NCBI RefSeq assembly: GCF_031769215.1
Contig: NW_026781907.1
Coordinates: 1,178,001-1,242,000 of the forward strand
Direction of reading: 5' to 3'
Source: Ylistrum balloti
Lineage: Eukaryota
DNA length: 64,000 nt
In this document: one piece after another, positions 34,784 through 49,894 of the stretch
How positions within the stretch are numbered: the stretch's first letter is position 1
How the letters are laid out: each line of letters opens with the position of its first letter
Program-made: the position numbers and the translations under genes
The notes under the pieces: model-generated
Seen by the model: the letters and a program-made list of their open reading frames with translations, nothing else
Databases searched by the model: none
Told to the model about the DNA's origin: nothing

Positions 34784-36889
34784 CTGTGTATGGAAATATG
34801 TGATGGAATGGGTTTTGTGCAATAGAGAACACGGTGATCGATTCTTTGTAATTTTTCATTTATGATGTACTGTAGCATTTAAGTTTCCCGATCTTGTGTC
34901 GATCTCACTTATCTAGTTATTTTTACGTATATAATTTCCACCGTTTGACTACTTGGAATTAGGCTGAAATTATTTTTGCTCTACGTCATGCGTCGCCAAT
35001 AGGTGGCGTGATGGTAAAGATTTGCACTTTGCAAATTCTGATATTGCCTGTAATCTGTACGTGTCACTCGGGCAGCACAGGTAGCGACAGACAGATGTAA
35101 AAATCTATTTCTGTTTTTCTTTGTGCATTTATTGTTACTATCGTCTTAAAATAATTTCGGAAATAATATTCAATTTTGATCAGTAAATTTTTGGTTGTGT
35201 AGCTTTTCTTGCAGGTGAATATATATATATTGTTTGAAAATAATTTGTTTTATTTAATAAATCGGTCACAGTACCTATATCGCAGTGAAATACATGTATT
35301 TGGCGTAGTTTATCTGATTAGATAATTGGTTAGTCCTAAATATGATCTTAAGTGTCTTGTTATCTCGAAATTATCTGATATTTACTTTACATTCATGCCC
35401 TTATCTCGAGTTTATTAACAAAAAAATCGAGATGTCCCTCATCGGATTAAGTGCAAATATTTTCCTTTTACATTGTGAAAATTTGAATCAACAGATGTTT
35501 AAGGTAAAATTTGCCGGATGTTTTAAGTATTTTGAACTATTTTTATCATGTACATGTGTGAGTATATTGTAAATACTGTTACACTGATAATGTTTTGTTT
35601 TCAAGCGATAAATCGTGGTTACTAAATAACTGGAACTTAAGGGTGAGATTTGGCGATGAGGTTACACAATTGGTACTAGACTAGTCTTGTCATACATCCA
35701 TCGATTGTGAGTGCACATTATATTTGTTATGATATCATTTTAACCAACACTTGCCTGTAATTTCATAGTAAATATTCATCCTTCATTATTTATTTATCAA
35801 AGTCATATGAATCTCAATTTTGTTTGTAACTTGTTATTTTGGAGGAAATGAAATAACAATAGTGCTGGACGATGTGAATAGAAAAAGTCAAAGCTCGTGG
35901 GCACATAACAAATAACTTTTTTGAAAAATCGATAAACTATGTATAGGATTAGACCTAACACGACCAACGCTACAGAGTATACCGATTTTAAAAGCTATTT
36001 GTTATATGGTCCTGTCAGAGTGAGCAGTAGCCCCTGTGATTACGTCAATTTCAAAATCTGACTCGGAAACATTTTGCAATCTTCATGTTGTTTATGGGAC
36101 ATGGCTGATTTTAAGAAGGACATATTATCAACACGTCTTTCATTTCATCTCAGAATATTTTTAATGCTTGAATAAAAGTACAATATTGATCGGACAACAG
36201 ACAAAGTCTATACTAGCCCTCACCTTATACCATTAACAGTACATCATTACACATCACTATCAATAATACTGGATATTAAAAAAATAGGATTGTCTATTTA
36301 GAATTATACTGAGGATCAAGTAAAGAGAAATACACATAGTCACAATATGTCTCCATTTGAACAATAGTAATTAAGAAATATTGTAAAGAAATAATAACTT
36401 GTCAGAAAAAATATTACTAAAATGACAATATCTATTAATACAATTACATTTATACAGTTGATGAACCAGTCATATTTATTTTATGATGAACCTGTAAAAA
36501 GGTTAATGTTCATTTGATGAAGATGTATGTCTTAATATGCATTCAAATAATTTTGATCTGTCTCAAATAATTTATTACTGAATGGCTCATTTAGTTCTGT
36601 TAGACGAACGTACTACTTTTATGTATATTGCACATTTTGTGTGTAAATGAGCTGAGACGTTGATAATACTGAAAATATATAATAAAATAATTAAAGGGGA
36701 AACAAATCTACAGCCAGTTCAATAAAAAAATGTGGATGCCTAATTTAAACGTGTGATATATCTGATGCATCCGTGGATAAACATAGGGGGCAAACTGAAT
36801 GTATTCATAATCATGAACTAGACAATAACACACTGATGCTTATTCTTTTTAATTCTGATCTGGATATATAGGCTTAATAAGCCTGCGTC

Positions 36890-36894
36890 CAGTA

Positions 36895-36934
<40 letters not shown>

Positions 36935-38300
36935 ATATCAAATTTTATATCAGTATTACTTACTTAGAGGCCGCGTTAAAAAGCCTGGGTAGTTTGTGGA
37001 ATGGTATTATTCATGTTAGAGATGTTATCCAGCATGAGAGTTCTTTGGTTAGTATATTATATAATACAATATTATGACAACTTAAAAATTTGGTAAGTAA
37101 CTTAAATCAGGACTTGTTCAACTCTCATTTAACTGATAGCACTGTCTGCCTGTGTGGTTATTCAAACGAGGATTGTAAATACCACACAGGCAGACAGGGT
37201 TATCAGTTAAATAAGAGTTTAACAAGTCATGATTTAAGTTACTTGAAGAATTTCTAAGTTGACATGATAATATATCAAGTTTTTCTATCGCCATGGATAT
37301 TATGATGTAAAAATTCACTTTTTAAAGTTCTGATAGGTGTCATGGAAGGAAACAGTCAGGCATCACCATTCCGTTCTGCCATTAGAGATGGAAAGAAACT
37401 GTTACAATATGAATGTGTCCTGGATGCGGGTAAGTCAAATAACCCATTATGTCGAAAACTGTTATCATAAGTGGTACTAATAAATAGTTGAAACAGGTCA
37501 TAGATATAGGAAGGGCGGTCATTGGTCTTAATCCCTCCAAGACCATTCTCTGTGATCTATTACATGAATATTAAGAGAACCATTTCAATATGTTACCACA
37601 AAACACCATGTTCTTCAGTTTTAACCATAAGCCATCATTCGAAACCCCACCGAATGCTTGACTTATGTCACAGAATACCATTCTAGCTTATGTTCTTTCA
37701 CTCTAATTTTTCACGATTGTATCAAACATATTTAACTGGTAAGTAGTCGAATCTTTGGGTAGAAATCCTCATTAGGTTTTACAGATAAGGTTTCTTGTAT
37801 TATTTTACTTATTATATAAGCTATAGATATTGGTATACATAATTTCTTACTCCCTTGTCCCGTAAATAGGCGTGAACATTTTCCCATGAAGCAGGAAGAA
37901 AACTAGTTCAGACAGATTTTTTGAAGATGAAGTAAAGGGGCCTTTCTAGAGAAGTAGAGACCCATTTGATAACTTTCGGAGGGATATTATCAGGACCTGC
38001 AGGTTTATTAGTATTGGGAGGATAGGCCTGATCAATTAATGAGAAGTCGCGGTCGAGGGCAGTCTGACGGTAAATCGTCAACATTCGTTTCACTTACAGA
38101 TAAAGACAATAAAATGATTCAGTTTTACCAATAACTATCGGAGTATCAGCAACACTTTTATTTTTAAGATTCATGATAGATTTTGCAAAGCGCCACCATT
38201 TATCAGGCGATATACACTAATCTCAGAGATGATTGAAGTCTAGATAGATAGTTTTTCTTCGGCCTCACTGATCATGGAAATCACTTAGTTTCGAAAAGTT
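36890..38300 (-). mobile_element. Decayed CR1/L2-clade-like LINE fragment with internal deletions
   Basis: Remnant motifs KWWRFAKSIMNLKNK, KPAGPDNIPPKVIK...LERPLYFIFKKS and QLRNSSSNLNHDL...TDNPVCLCG occur in the order expected for ORF2, ending at a (TAA)n tract at about 36894-36935. Confidence 0.7.
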
Positions 38301-39899
38301 CTAAATTTTGCCCAAGAGACAGGTGTGTTGTGTAATCTAGCTTTAGAATGCTTACAATTTCGCTGACGTGTTTTCAACCTTATGTCATTTATCATCCATT
38401 ATCCATTTATCGTTAGGTCTAAGAAGTATTTGTTTTATGAGGTACAAACATATTTATAGCATTAGGTATTTTATCGAAAAGAATGTCATTCATATTATCA
38501 GTGTCGCTATGTAGTCAAGTCCAGTTAATGGATGTAAAAATTCGATCCGTCATAGTCAGTATCATTTAAGTTCAATCATGTCTTTTTTGAGTGCAAAATC
38601 AACATTTTGGGGTGTTTTAAAATTCAGACCAACACTTGCAGGCAGTAGCATTGCATTAGTGTATACTTGCATGCTTAAGCATACCGTCGAATTTCAATGA
38701 TATATTTTCTTAATTTTGTTTTTTACTTTATTTCCCCTCAGATCCCCCACCGAGGCTTCGCCCTCTGGGCCCTCTCTTGAAAGCATACACTCCTAATAAG
38801 ATTTGCTACGACACTGACAGGACAGTAGCCACTACAGGAAGACGAGAGCGCCGTGGTGTTATGTTGTTAGTGAGGACAACATGAAGTGGTTTCGAGGAGA
38901 GAAGATAATTCTAAACACATGCTCATCCCGATATTGAATTTTTGAATTCATAATTCAATAGGAATCTGTTCAGATGTAAATTAGAATTAAGACTTAACAC
39001 ATCTTTGGTTGATATCACTTACCAGTATAACTTCCTTGTTTAAGATTGACTTCTTTGCGTTAGGGCTTACTTTATCGGTTTACTTGAATTCAGTCCGACC
39101 AGAAATCAGGCTCGGCGAATACTTTAATCATATTGGCTACATGCATTCGACGTGAAGTTTATATGAATTATTTAAGACATGTTGCGTGTTTTTATTTCCA
39201 CGTGAGAACGCGGAAAGGATAATTTTAAGTAAGATTTTTTTAACAATTACCAGATCGGAATTCCGGGAGATCCAGCTGTCAGTGCTGGTCGCATAAGTAA
39301 TTGTTTACTACCCATTCTAACTTTAAAGTACACAATAAACGAATCCTAAATACCGTTCACAAACGGTGTGGCCACTTCAAGATGATATGAATATATCATC
39401 GTGCTTTTGTGGTTTCGCTAAAGTCCGTTTATTTGCGCTGATTAACATTTGTATAGATAATAGGGGTTCGGCGTGACTATCCCAGCCGGATATAAAACAG
39501 GGCTTTGGCTCTTATCTTCAACGTTTACTCAAACTAAGTCATCCTGCGAGTTACGAGAATCGAAATGTTACATAAAATACATTACAATAAACAGCTGTTA
39601 TTCTAAAGTTGATACCAGGAAGTGTTCACAGAATTGTTTTCTTGTCTTTGTGTTTACATTTCTTCTAAGCAACGAATACGATTTCGGTTTATTGGCAGGG
39701 GAAAAAAAGTTGGAGTTATATTTATAGAGATGCACGTAATGTACGCCAGCTCTAAGAAATCACGGATTGGTCAAAATGTTTGAAAATTATCCCTTTGTTT
39801 TAGCAATGTATATTAACTGTGTCTAAATGCATAATGGGGCGGTGAATATACACGAACATTACAAATGTATAATGAATTACCCTATTGCATGATTAAGAA

Positions 39900-40560
39900 G
39901 TATTGAAGATGCACTTGTGAGAATTGATTTCATAAGTGTAAATGAGTTCGGCGGCAACATTTTTCAGCAGGCCATTGGCACACCAATGGGAAGCAATTTA
40001 ACTTCACTTTGCTCCTGGGAGACATTGTTATGGTTTTATCGAAGATATTTATACAACCTTATAATGAAATGTACAAAACATATATTTCAAAACATCCAAT
40101 TTACAATTTAGAAATTTCGATGATGTGTTTTTTTTTTCAGATAAAACAAAGACAAAAAAATCTATGTCTATTTATAGAACAAAAATCTAGTTTCTTGTAC
40201 TGGACATGAAACAAACACAGCTGATCACTTAGCAGTGTGATATTTGAGAAATTTTCCATTTTGTTGTGATGTTTTAATCTCGAATAATCTCTGTTGCCCC
40301 AAACCTACGACCATGATTAGATATTCATGTTGTTATTTTCAATATCACAACTCCCATTATAGATGTATTCACCTTGATCTACCAGCCAGCTGAAAGGAGT
40401 CAAATCTGTTTGACAACATTTCGAATGTAACGTTACTTGGCATGCAATGTCTGTTCTTAGTTATATAAAAGCTTCCCAAAGTCCTGCGTTATCACGAATT
40501 GACTTGGAACGTAAGAATCCTATAACATTTAGACTTATGAATATGCATGATGGTTTTCAT
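39900..40560 (+). mobile_element. Decayed Penelope-like retroelement reverse-transcriptase fragment
   Basis: EFGGNIFQQAIGTPMGSN matches the PLE FQQxxGIPMG motif, with further decayed downstream similarity near 40330-40400. Confidence 0.55.
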
Positions 40561-40854
40561 TGGTTCCTGGATCGTACCAATCGATAAATCCAGGGTTTTT
40601 CTTCCTGCAGGCAGATTTTATCTTAAAATAGAATTGCATTTTCGTTAACAGCATGTGAGGTTTTGCCTCCCACATTTGAGTGAGTGTCTTTTATATCGGC
40701 GTGCTTGCGAGGACTTTCGAGCCCGGCGTTGATTTTGGGGTTTAAAGGTTTTGTTGCAAGCGTTAAATGACTGTGCTTAGATTAGATGAAATAACTTTTG
40801 AAATATGTGAGACTTTACATAGTGATAAATACGGTCTCATCTTTTATTAGTTAC

Positions 40855-40910
40855 TAAGCCGGTCAGCTACCAATTTTGGGGATCCGGGTTCGATTCCTGG
40901 TCAGGAATGT
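40855..40910 (+). mobile_element. tRNA-like SINE head remnant
   Basis: B box gggttcgattcc with a T-arm-like stem; no complete cloverleaf. Confidence 0.35.
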
Positions 40911-41124
40911 GCGTTTTCCCTGTTCTTTCTCAAAGTGAAATTTAAAGAATTGCTGACCATGTATAGCCAAGTACATGACCAGTATATCAGCTGCCTTTTA
41001 TAGACGTTAATTATCATCGGGGTGCCTTATCAGGAACAGAATATCGAGTTCAGTAATTACTTAACGACCCACTGTTCGAATTATGCAGCTAGCTGCCTCA
41101 AAATAGTGGCATTATTTGACATGA

Positions 41125-43704
41125 GAATGTCAGTTTCAGTATTTCCGGTACAGATATGATGGTTTCAGTATTTCCGGTACAGATATGATGGTTTCAGTAT
41201 AACCGGTAGAGACGTGACAGTTTCAGTGTTACCGGTAGAGATATGATGGTTTCAGTGTAACCGGTAGAGATGTGACAGTTTCAGTATTACCGGTAGAGAT
41301 ATGACGGTTTCAGTATTACCGGTAGAGATGATTGCTTCAGTATTACCGGTAGAGATGTGACAGTTTCAGTATTACCGGTAGAGATGTGATGGCTTCAGTA
41401 TTACCGGTAGAGATGTGACAGTTTGAGTATTACCGGTAGAGATATGACAGTTTCAGTATTACCGGTAGAGATATGACAGTTTCAGTATTACCGGTAGAGA
41501 TATGACAGTTTCAGTATTACCGGTAGAGATATGATGGTTTCAGTATTACCGGTAGAGATGTGACAGTTTCAGTATTACCGGTAGAGATGTGATGGTTTCA
41601 GTATTACCGGTAGAGACGTGATGGTTTCAGTATTACCGGTAGAGATGTGATGGCTTCAGTATTACCGGTAGATATGACTGTTTCAGTATTACCGGTAGAG
41701 ATGTGACAGTTTCAGTATAACCGGTAGAGATATGACAGTTTCAGTATTACCGGTAGAGATGTGATAGTTTCAGTGTTACCGGTAGAGATGTGACAGTTTC
41801 AGTATTACCGGTAGAGATATGACAGTTTCAGTATTACCGGTAGAGATGTGTTAGTTTCAGTATTACCGGTAGAGATGTGACAGTTTCAGTATTACCGGTA
41901 GAGATGTGACTGTTTCAGTATTACCGGTAGAGAGATGATGGTTTCAGTATTACCGGTAGAGATGATGGCTTCAGTATTACCGGTAGAGATATGACGGTTT
42001 CAGTATTACCGGTAAAGATATGATGGTTTCAGCATTACCGGTAGAGATGTGACAGTTTCAGTATTACCGGTAGAGATGTGACTGTTTCAGTATTACCGGT
42101 AGAGATGTGATGGTTTCAGTATTACCGGTAGAGTTGTGACAGTTTCAGTATTACCGGTAGAGATGTGACTGTTTCAGTATTACCGGTAGAGATATGATGG
42201 TTTCAGTATTACCGGTAGAGATGTGACAGTTTCAGTATTACCGGTAGAGATGTGATGGTTTCAGTATTACCGGTAGAGATGTGTTAGTTTCAGTATTACC
42301 GGTAGAGATGTGACAGTTTCAGTATTACCGGTAGAGATGTGACTGTTTCAGTATTACCGGTAGAGATATGATGGTTTCAGTATTACCGGTAGAGATGTGA
42401 CAGTTTCAGTATTACCGGTAGAGATGTGACTGTTTCAGTATTACCGGTAGAGATGTGACTGTTTCAGTATTACCGGTAGAGATGTGATGGTTTCAGTATT
42501 ACCGGTAGAGATGTGATGGTTTCAGTATTACCGGTAGAGATGTGATGGTTTCAGTATTACCGGTAGAGATGTGTTAGTTTCAGTATTACCGGTAGAGATG
42601 TGACAGTTTCAGTATTACCGGTAGAGATGTGATGGCTTCAGTATTACCGGTAGAGATGTGACAGTTTCAGTATTACCGGTAGAGATGTGATGGTTTCAGT
42701 ATTACCGGTAGAGATGTGATGGCTTCAGTATTACCGGTAGAGATATGATGGTTTCAGTATTACCGGTAGAGATGTGACAGTTTCAGTATTACCGGTAGAG
42801 ATGATGGTTTCAGTATTACCGTATTACCGGTAGAGATGTGTTAGTTTCAGTATTACCGGTAGAGATGTGACAGTTTCAGTATTACCGGTAGAGATGTGAC
42901 TGTTTCAGTATTACCGGTAGAGATGTGATGGTTTCAGTATTACCGGTAGAGATGTGACAGTTTCAGTATTACCGGTAGAGATGATGGTTTCAGTATTACC
43001 GGTAGAGATGTGATGGTTTCAGTATTACCGGTAGAGATGGTTTCAGTATTACCGGTAGAGATGTGATGGTTTCAGTATTACCGGTAGAGATGTGATGGCT
43101 TCAGTATTACCGGTAGAGATGTGACAGTTTCAGTATTACCGGTAGAGATGATGGTTTCAGTATTACCGGTAGAGATGTGATGGTTTCAGTATTACCGGTA
43201 GAGAGATGTGACGGTAGAGAGTTTCAGTATTACCGGTAGAGATGTGATGTTTCAGTATTACCGGTAGAGATGTGATGGTTTCAGTATTACCGGTAGAGAT
43301 GTGATGGTTTCAGTATTACCGGTAGAGATGTGATGGTTTCAGTATTACCGGTAGAGATGTGATGGTTTCAGTATTACCGGTAGAGATGTGACAGTTTCAG
43401 TATTACCGGTAGAGATGTGATGGTTTCAGTATTACCGGTAGAGATGTGTTAGTTTCAGTATTACCGGTAGAGATGTGACAGTTTCAGTATTACCGGTAGA
43501 GATGTGACTGTTTCAGTATTACCGGTAGAGACCGGTAGAGATGTCAGTATTACCGGTAGAGATGATGGTTTCAGTATTACCGGTAGAGATGTGATGGTTT
43601 CAGTATTACCGGTAGAGATGTGATGGCTTCAGTATTACCGGTAGAGATATGATGGTTTCAGTATTACCGGTAGAGATATGATGGTTTCAGTATTACCGGT
43701 AGAG
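41125..43704. repeat. 29-bp satellite, at least about 88 copies, running into the assembly gap
   Basis: Unit tttcagtattaccggtagagatgtgacag, with a constant core containing TACCGGTA and a variable 7-nt segment. Confidence 0.98.
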
Positions 43705-43930
43705 NNNNNNNNNNNNNNNNNNNNNNNNNNNNNNNNNNNNNNNNNNNNNNNNNNNNNNNNNNNNNNNNNNNNNNNNNNNNNNNNNNNNNNNNNNNNNNNN
43801 NNNNNNNNNNNNNNNNNNNNNNNNNNNNNNNNNNNNNNNNNNNNNNNNNNNNNNNNNNNNNNNNNNNNNNNNNNNNNNNNNNNNNNNNNNNNNNNNNNNN
43901 NNNNNNNNNNNNNNNNNNNNNNNNNNNNNN
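43705..43930. other. Assembly gap (226 N)
   Basis: A run of N directly after the 29-bp satellite. Confidence 1.
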
Positions 43931-46900
43931 ATTGCATTTTACTTCCAAATGAAATAGTTATTATTTATGTGTTATCAGTTATTTAGTCCCCGACCGAGTC
44001 AAATCTGTCAAACAAAGTTTCCCGAATGTGTTGTTACCATGTAAGCGCTTGAGTTTTGGTATGTTATGTTGTCTATGTACTGAAATAGATTGAAAGTGTG
44101 CGTCATCACTTGAGCGTGCTGCATATAAAGTTTTATGTATAAAAGATTCCAAAGCCGTACATTGTAAAGCATTGTCCTGTAATATATTGACCGCATAACA
44201 GACTTGTAAATATAAGTAGTGGATCCGGGACAGAGGGTGTGACTATTATCTGATAAGCGATCGATTCTGTGGATCCCAGGATGGTTTATGACCTCATCCG
44301 TTATGTCCACATTTTCATCAAAGACCGATTTGTAACGAGCTACAACGGAGATTAAAACGAGACATTTTTTAGCTAGGCATTCTGGAATTACACACAAGTC
44401 ACCGTATAAGGAAACAAGATTTTGATCTCATTTTGCATATGGGATTATGATAAACATTTTCATAATATTATGATGCACACAAATGACTTTATACCTGTAC
44501 ACATATAAACATTGATAAGATATGGAGATAGGTTGGATACTGATAATGGTTTAGTAAACACTGATACATCAAACACCAAAATAACAGTCGATGTGTCAGG
44601 TATATAAATTTATATATTACTAACCCTTTGTGACAACCACGTAACATTATAAACCGTGTACTTATCCTGGTAATCACATATATAAATAGTATATTATAGT
44701 CCCTGTAGAAATTTAAATCATGGTTTATTAAAATCACTGTAAACAGATATATAAATGATATAAAAATCACATTGTTGTTTGAGTAGACAGATGTTCCCTG
44801 TACATACACACATTTTACAAAATATCGTATACTAAACATGGCGTGACAATCTCCTTCTTTATCCGCACACATTCCTTGAAAACCCCATTTAAAGACGACG
44901 TTTTTGTAAGGAAATCTCCAGCAAACTAAGTTTAAATCAGCTGGCCATTGCTGGATATTAATAGGGTGAAATTGAACTAACTTTATAACAAATAACCTGG
45001 GTCGAAGCCATCGCTGCATTCCTGTCAAAATTCATATTTTTTTTACCGAGTGATTTGATAACTCTGTTTGATAACATTGTTATGGTGTGACAGTTATTTA
45101 GTATTTAAAGTTGAAATTAGGTATTCGTTAATATAGTATTATATAGTAAAAAAATGGGAGGTTCTGCACTTCCGGATCGTACTGTTTCATTCATAAAATC
45201 TCGGTAAGTTTTGAATCATAATCCGTCACATTTGACATACCCATTGACGCTGTTACCATATATTTGGGAACGTGGAAGCCCTAGGGCGACCACACGCCCT
45301 AGCTCCACTGTGGTACCGTAAACAAGCTTTAGAAGACAACAAAATCCCGGAACGTTCTAAACAACGATGTGAAATTTCTAGTTTGAAACCTATAGTTTCA
45401 TTAAAATACCAATTAATGCAACATAGACTACCAAACATTTGTTAGAGACGTATTGAAGTGTTAATTTGATAATCAAGGCTTGCACCAGGCCTAGGTATGG
45501 CTAACGGCGGTGTTTGTGTAACACTCCTTATGAATGAGATCACATATATTAGTACATACTCACTACTACATAGTAAGATGTGCCAATAATGATAAATACA
45601 TAGGGGAAGTGTTCCTGTTACACAGCGGACATATTTTTCAACACTTTTCTTTAATCGCATTTATAAGTATATTTTGTGCTTATTTTGAGTAAATTTGTCT
45701 TTGCGTCCAATACAATTTGTACATAAAGTTCTAATGAAGTAGTGAAAGAGAACTCTTTTTTATATGTATACAAATGTGAAAAAACATGTATTTGTATATA
45801 CCTGATTAAGAGAATGAACAAAGTCATGACAGTACATTACCTACGGTATTATCAAATGTAGCATATTTAGCCATCTGCAAAAAACCAATTTACCAATTCT
45901 TAGGAAATACCAAGAAAAACATCCTTATAGTTACAACATCATAGAAAACATTAAACTTCCTCATGCAGTGTCTACAAGCCGTATTCATTCATTCATTCAT
46001 TCATTTATTTATTCATTGAACGATTTTTACGACCACTACCACGAACAAGAAAAGATAGGGAAATGAGTAGAAGAGGAATAACAGGCGATGGGAGAGAGTG
46101 GAATACAGAAATGATGTAGAGAGGGGTCGTCTATACTACCTGACCTGTTCTTAAACTATGATTTAGAAAACGACCCCTTGGCCTAATTGTAACCCTAGGC
46201 TAACACGAAGCACTTTACTGCTTGTATCGGTGTATAGGTTAAATATAGGTAAGCTAACCTGATGTTGTCAGCTTATAAAATGTCATAATTCTGATTTGAA
46301 CCAGCCATATAGCATATGATTAACGCCTGTATCAACGGCAAAAGATTAATTAATTATTATCATATTAATACCAAGATTAATGATGATATAATTACACAAA
46401 GGTATATGTTTTGATATTTCGAGTTTATTACACAGAAAAAGATTTTTGAAATAAGGCAAACTTCAGTCACAAACAATCAAATATTGCCCTGCATGTCCTT
46501 CACAGAGCAGGTTGATCCACTTATAAAATCATCTGGGCCAGAAATCCAATGTATTCTTTTTAAAACTGAAATGAGAAGACATACCATCCATACATATCAT
46601 ATTTTGTTTAAAAATCAACAATGATAATTTTGTATTTAACCTTTTTACCCAAGAAATCTTCAACATGGCTTAATTCATTAGCTAACTGCAATTAATGGTA
46701 AGTTTTAAGTGAAATGCTGAATCTGTGACGTGTGTTTATGGTTATTTATAGATGTATGTTCCAGATTTTCTCGTGATAACCTATATACTAAGAGAGAAAT
46801 TAAGCCCAACCTTGAGCTAAACCGTAAACTTTGAAAGACGCATTAAAAAATGTCAACATGATGTTACAATTCTGATTGAAAGCATTTACAGAACGTTCTG

Positions 46901-49194
46901 GCTTGTACATGTATGTAACCGTTAAGCAGATTTGGTGATGACAACACTTTCATTGAACATTTCAGCTACCGCCTGGCCCATCATTCCTCATTGACATCAA
47001 TACCTGCAAGAAACACTACGGTTGCCTGGAAGTCGTCTCGAATATGCGTAAAGAAACAGTTGATCTACAGTTATATCTTCACGTCCTTTGCTTGCCGATC
47101 CTTCTTGTTCAATTAAGATCCTCAATCTCACACTAAAGACACTCACACACAAATGCAAACAAAAAACAAGAGAACAAGTCCAAAAGTTTTAGTATAACGC
47201 ATGCACTGTCATACACGATAAGCAATATGAACAATTAAATATAGCGAGCAGTGGACATTACGTAAGATGCTAACGTTTACGGAGTGTAAGAGAAACGACG
47301 GGACATGCAACTCGCACATCGGTAAACTATCGCTACTACGCACGATTCTGACCAGGTAAGTTCACCCTTTAGCTACCAAATCACGGGTTTACCGGAAGTG
47401 ACCATCGTCGATTATGCTTTATAGCTTTAGGCACACAGTCGATAACCACATCCGGACAGAGCAGTGCCATTCATAAGGCAAGTTTGGCACACTCTAACCA
47501 TTTCCCGAGTCACCCTACACCAGCCACTTTCTCTGGATTTGTGATGTAATGTATTGGGGGATGATAAAGATTTTGTATTTTTGAATGGAGGAGGGTGGAG
47601 TGTTAGATAGCAAACGTTTATATGTGTGTGGTCTCGATGTTGAAATGTGAAAGGGGGACTATCAGCACCCAGAACAGTTCACTTAAATTAATTACTATAC
47701 ATTTTATATATTATAGTATATCATTAACATGAATGAATGTGGTTAGTCTGGCGCATAGGGCAATGACATGAAGCCCAAACAAGTGCGCGCTTATCTAAAT
47801 CGTCCCTTGGTTTCATGTACTGAAACCAGCGACGCATTCTACTATAATAACTCATTTAAAATATCCAGTTATTGACGGGTGAAGATTTAGTCCTCTGAAA
47901 TGTCGAGAACTAATGACCACGATTACGGCAGAGCATAACGACAATTATCACCATATTGTCCCATTCAGATTTCGTTTAAACAGACTCAGCAATCATATCG
48001 TCAGTATTATATCCTTTTATAGACCTTAGGTATATTACAGACAGTGTATTGTTTTGTCATCAGTAAATATTTGTTATTTGTGAAATTATCATCAAGGTCA
48101 AAATCTGTTGTCAAAGTTGAATAATAAATATAAAGGTTACATCATATCACGTGAACGCCTCGCACTAGAACTCGTGGAGTAGTCTTTGACCGGTATGGCC
48201 TAACCTACATACTTTTTTATGAAAGCAAGTCACGTCAGTCATTCGCCACTAAATATCAACCTGGAAAATACACAAACTTGGTTAAAGATATTTTGATAGC
48301 AGTGTGACTTTGAACAGCGGTATCTGTGAGCTCTCGCCGTTTGATTAGCTGTAAAAGCTCATATCGTTTCGTGTTACACGTGAAATGTTATCACACTTTC
48401 TTCTTACACAGTTCTGTAGTGGTTGTGTCCTTGCGCACGACATTTGACCTCAAATGCTATGGATATCATGTGACGGTCTCCCGTATGTTGTTCATTAAGG
48501 TAGTCACCAGATACTTTAAGTAGACACTGCCTCAAAATGATCTTGGATGTTGACATATCGAACAAAAACATCATTCTGACCTTGACGTTTTAAATAAATA
48601 AATAAAAAGCTGAAACGTATTTTCAGAAAGGGTCAACACTCCCTGCAGAAATACACTTTGAGTCTATATCTAATACAGACGTAGAAATGTTCCTTATTCC
48701 ATATCGTACACAAGTGTTGATATCATATAAGATCTGTACTTGCTTAAGATGAGATTCTCACACATATTGATATATTTTTTCAATTGAAATTTGTATCAAA
48801 ATACAGGGGAAAAATGTAAAATAACCGGTTTTTTTATCTTCCTTCCGATTAAAAGGAATTCGTCAATACTCGTTTAAATTTCATGCATTGCACAGGAACC
48901 CGTATTTCGTCGTTCTATAAAACACGTGTGGCTTGTTTCACACACTAACCACCTCTCCTAATTTGGGATGGAAAACGATCTGTCATCTATAGAGGCCTGA
49001 CGGCGGTTAAATGAAGATGTTAACGACCTTATGATTCATACGTTACTATATATCAATAATACCTTCACATATCAAAAGCTATAATCAATTTTCTTTACAA
49101 TAAAAAATCAGAGATTCTGCAATTGTCAGGATTTCGAAAAAAGTGGGTATCAATAAGATTGTCCCTTTGGAGTGTCTTGCCCGAGGGTGATTGG

Positions 49195-49850
49195 ATACTT
49201 GTGTGGTTGGAATAGTCGTAAGTGTTGTTGTGTCCTTGTCTGGTTGGAGTAGTTGTAAATGTTGTTGTGTCCTTGTCTCGTTGGAGTAGTGGTGAATGCT
49301 GTCGTTTCCTTGTCTGGTTGGAATGGTGGTGAGTGTTGTTGTGTACTTGTCTGGTTGGAGTAGTGGTGAGTGTTGTTGTGTGCATGTCTGGTTGGAGTAG
49401 TGGTGAGTGGTGTTGTGTGCTTGTTTGGTTGGAGTAGTTGTAATTGTTGTTGTGTCCTTGTGTGGTTGGAGTAGTGGTAAGTGTTGTTGTGTCCTTGTCT
49501 TGTTTGAGTAGTTGTAAATGTTGTTGTGTCCTTGTCTCGTTGGAGTAGTGGTGAATGTTGTCGTTTCCTTGTCTGGTTGGAGTAGTAGTGAGTGTTGTTG
49601 TGTCCTTGTCTGGTTGGAGTAGTGGTGAGTGTTGTTGTATCATTGTCTAGTTGGAGTAGTGGTGAGTGTTGTTGTGTCCTTGTCTAGTTGGAGTAGTGGT
49701 GAGTGTTGTTGTATCCTTGTCTGGTTGGAGTAGTTGTAAATGTTGTTGTGTCCTTGTGTGGTTGGAGTAGTGGTGAGTGTTGTTGTATCCTTGTCTGGTT
49801 GGAGTATGTGTAAATGTTGTTGTGTCCTTATCATGTTTGTGAAGTTGTAA
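49195..49850. repeat. 37-bp minisatellite, about 17 copies
   Basis: Unit agtgttgttgtgtccttgtctggttggagtagtggtg; spacing measured at 49591, 49628 and 49665. Confidence 0.95.
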
Positions 49851-49894
49851 ATGTTGAATACGGTCGGTATTGTAAATCATTATTAATTCAATTG

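Noticed and set aside
41125-43704. CRISPR-like appearance of constant repeat plus variable segment
   Set aside because: The variable part is only 7 nt and is drawn from a few recurring variants. There are no unique spacers, no cas genes, and the context is eukaryotic.
43635-43986. ORFs containing long X runs
   Set aside because: Artefacts of translating the N gap.
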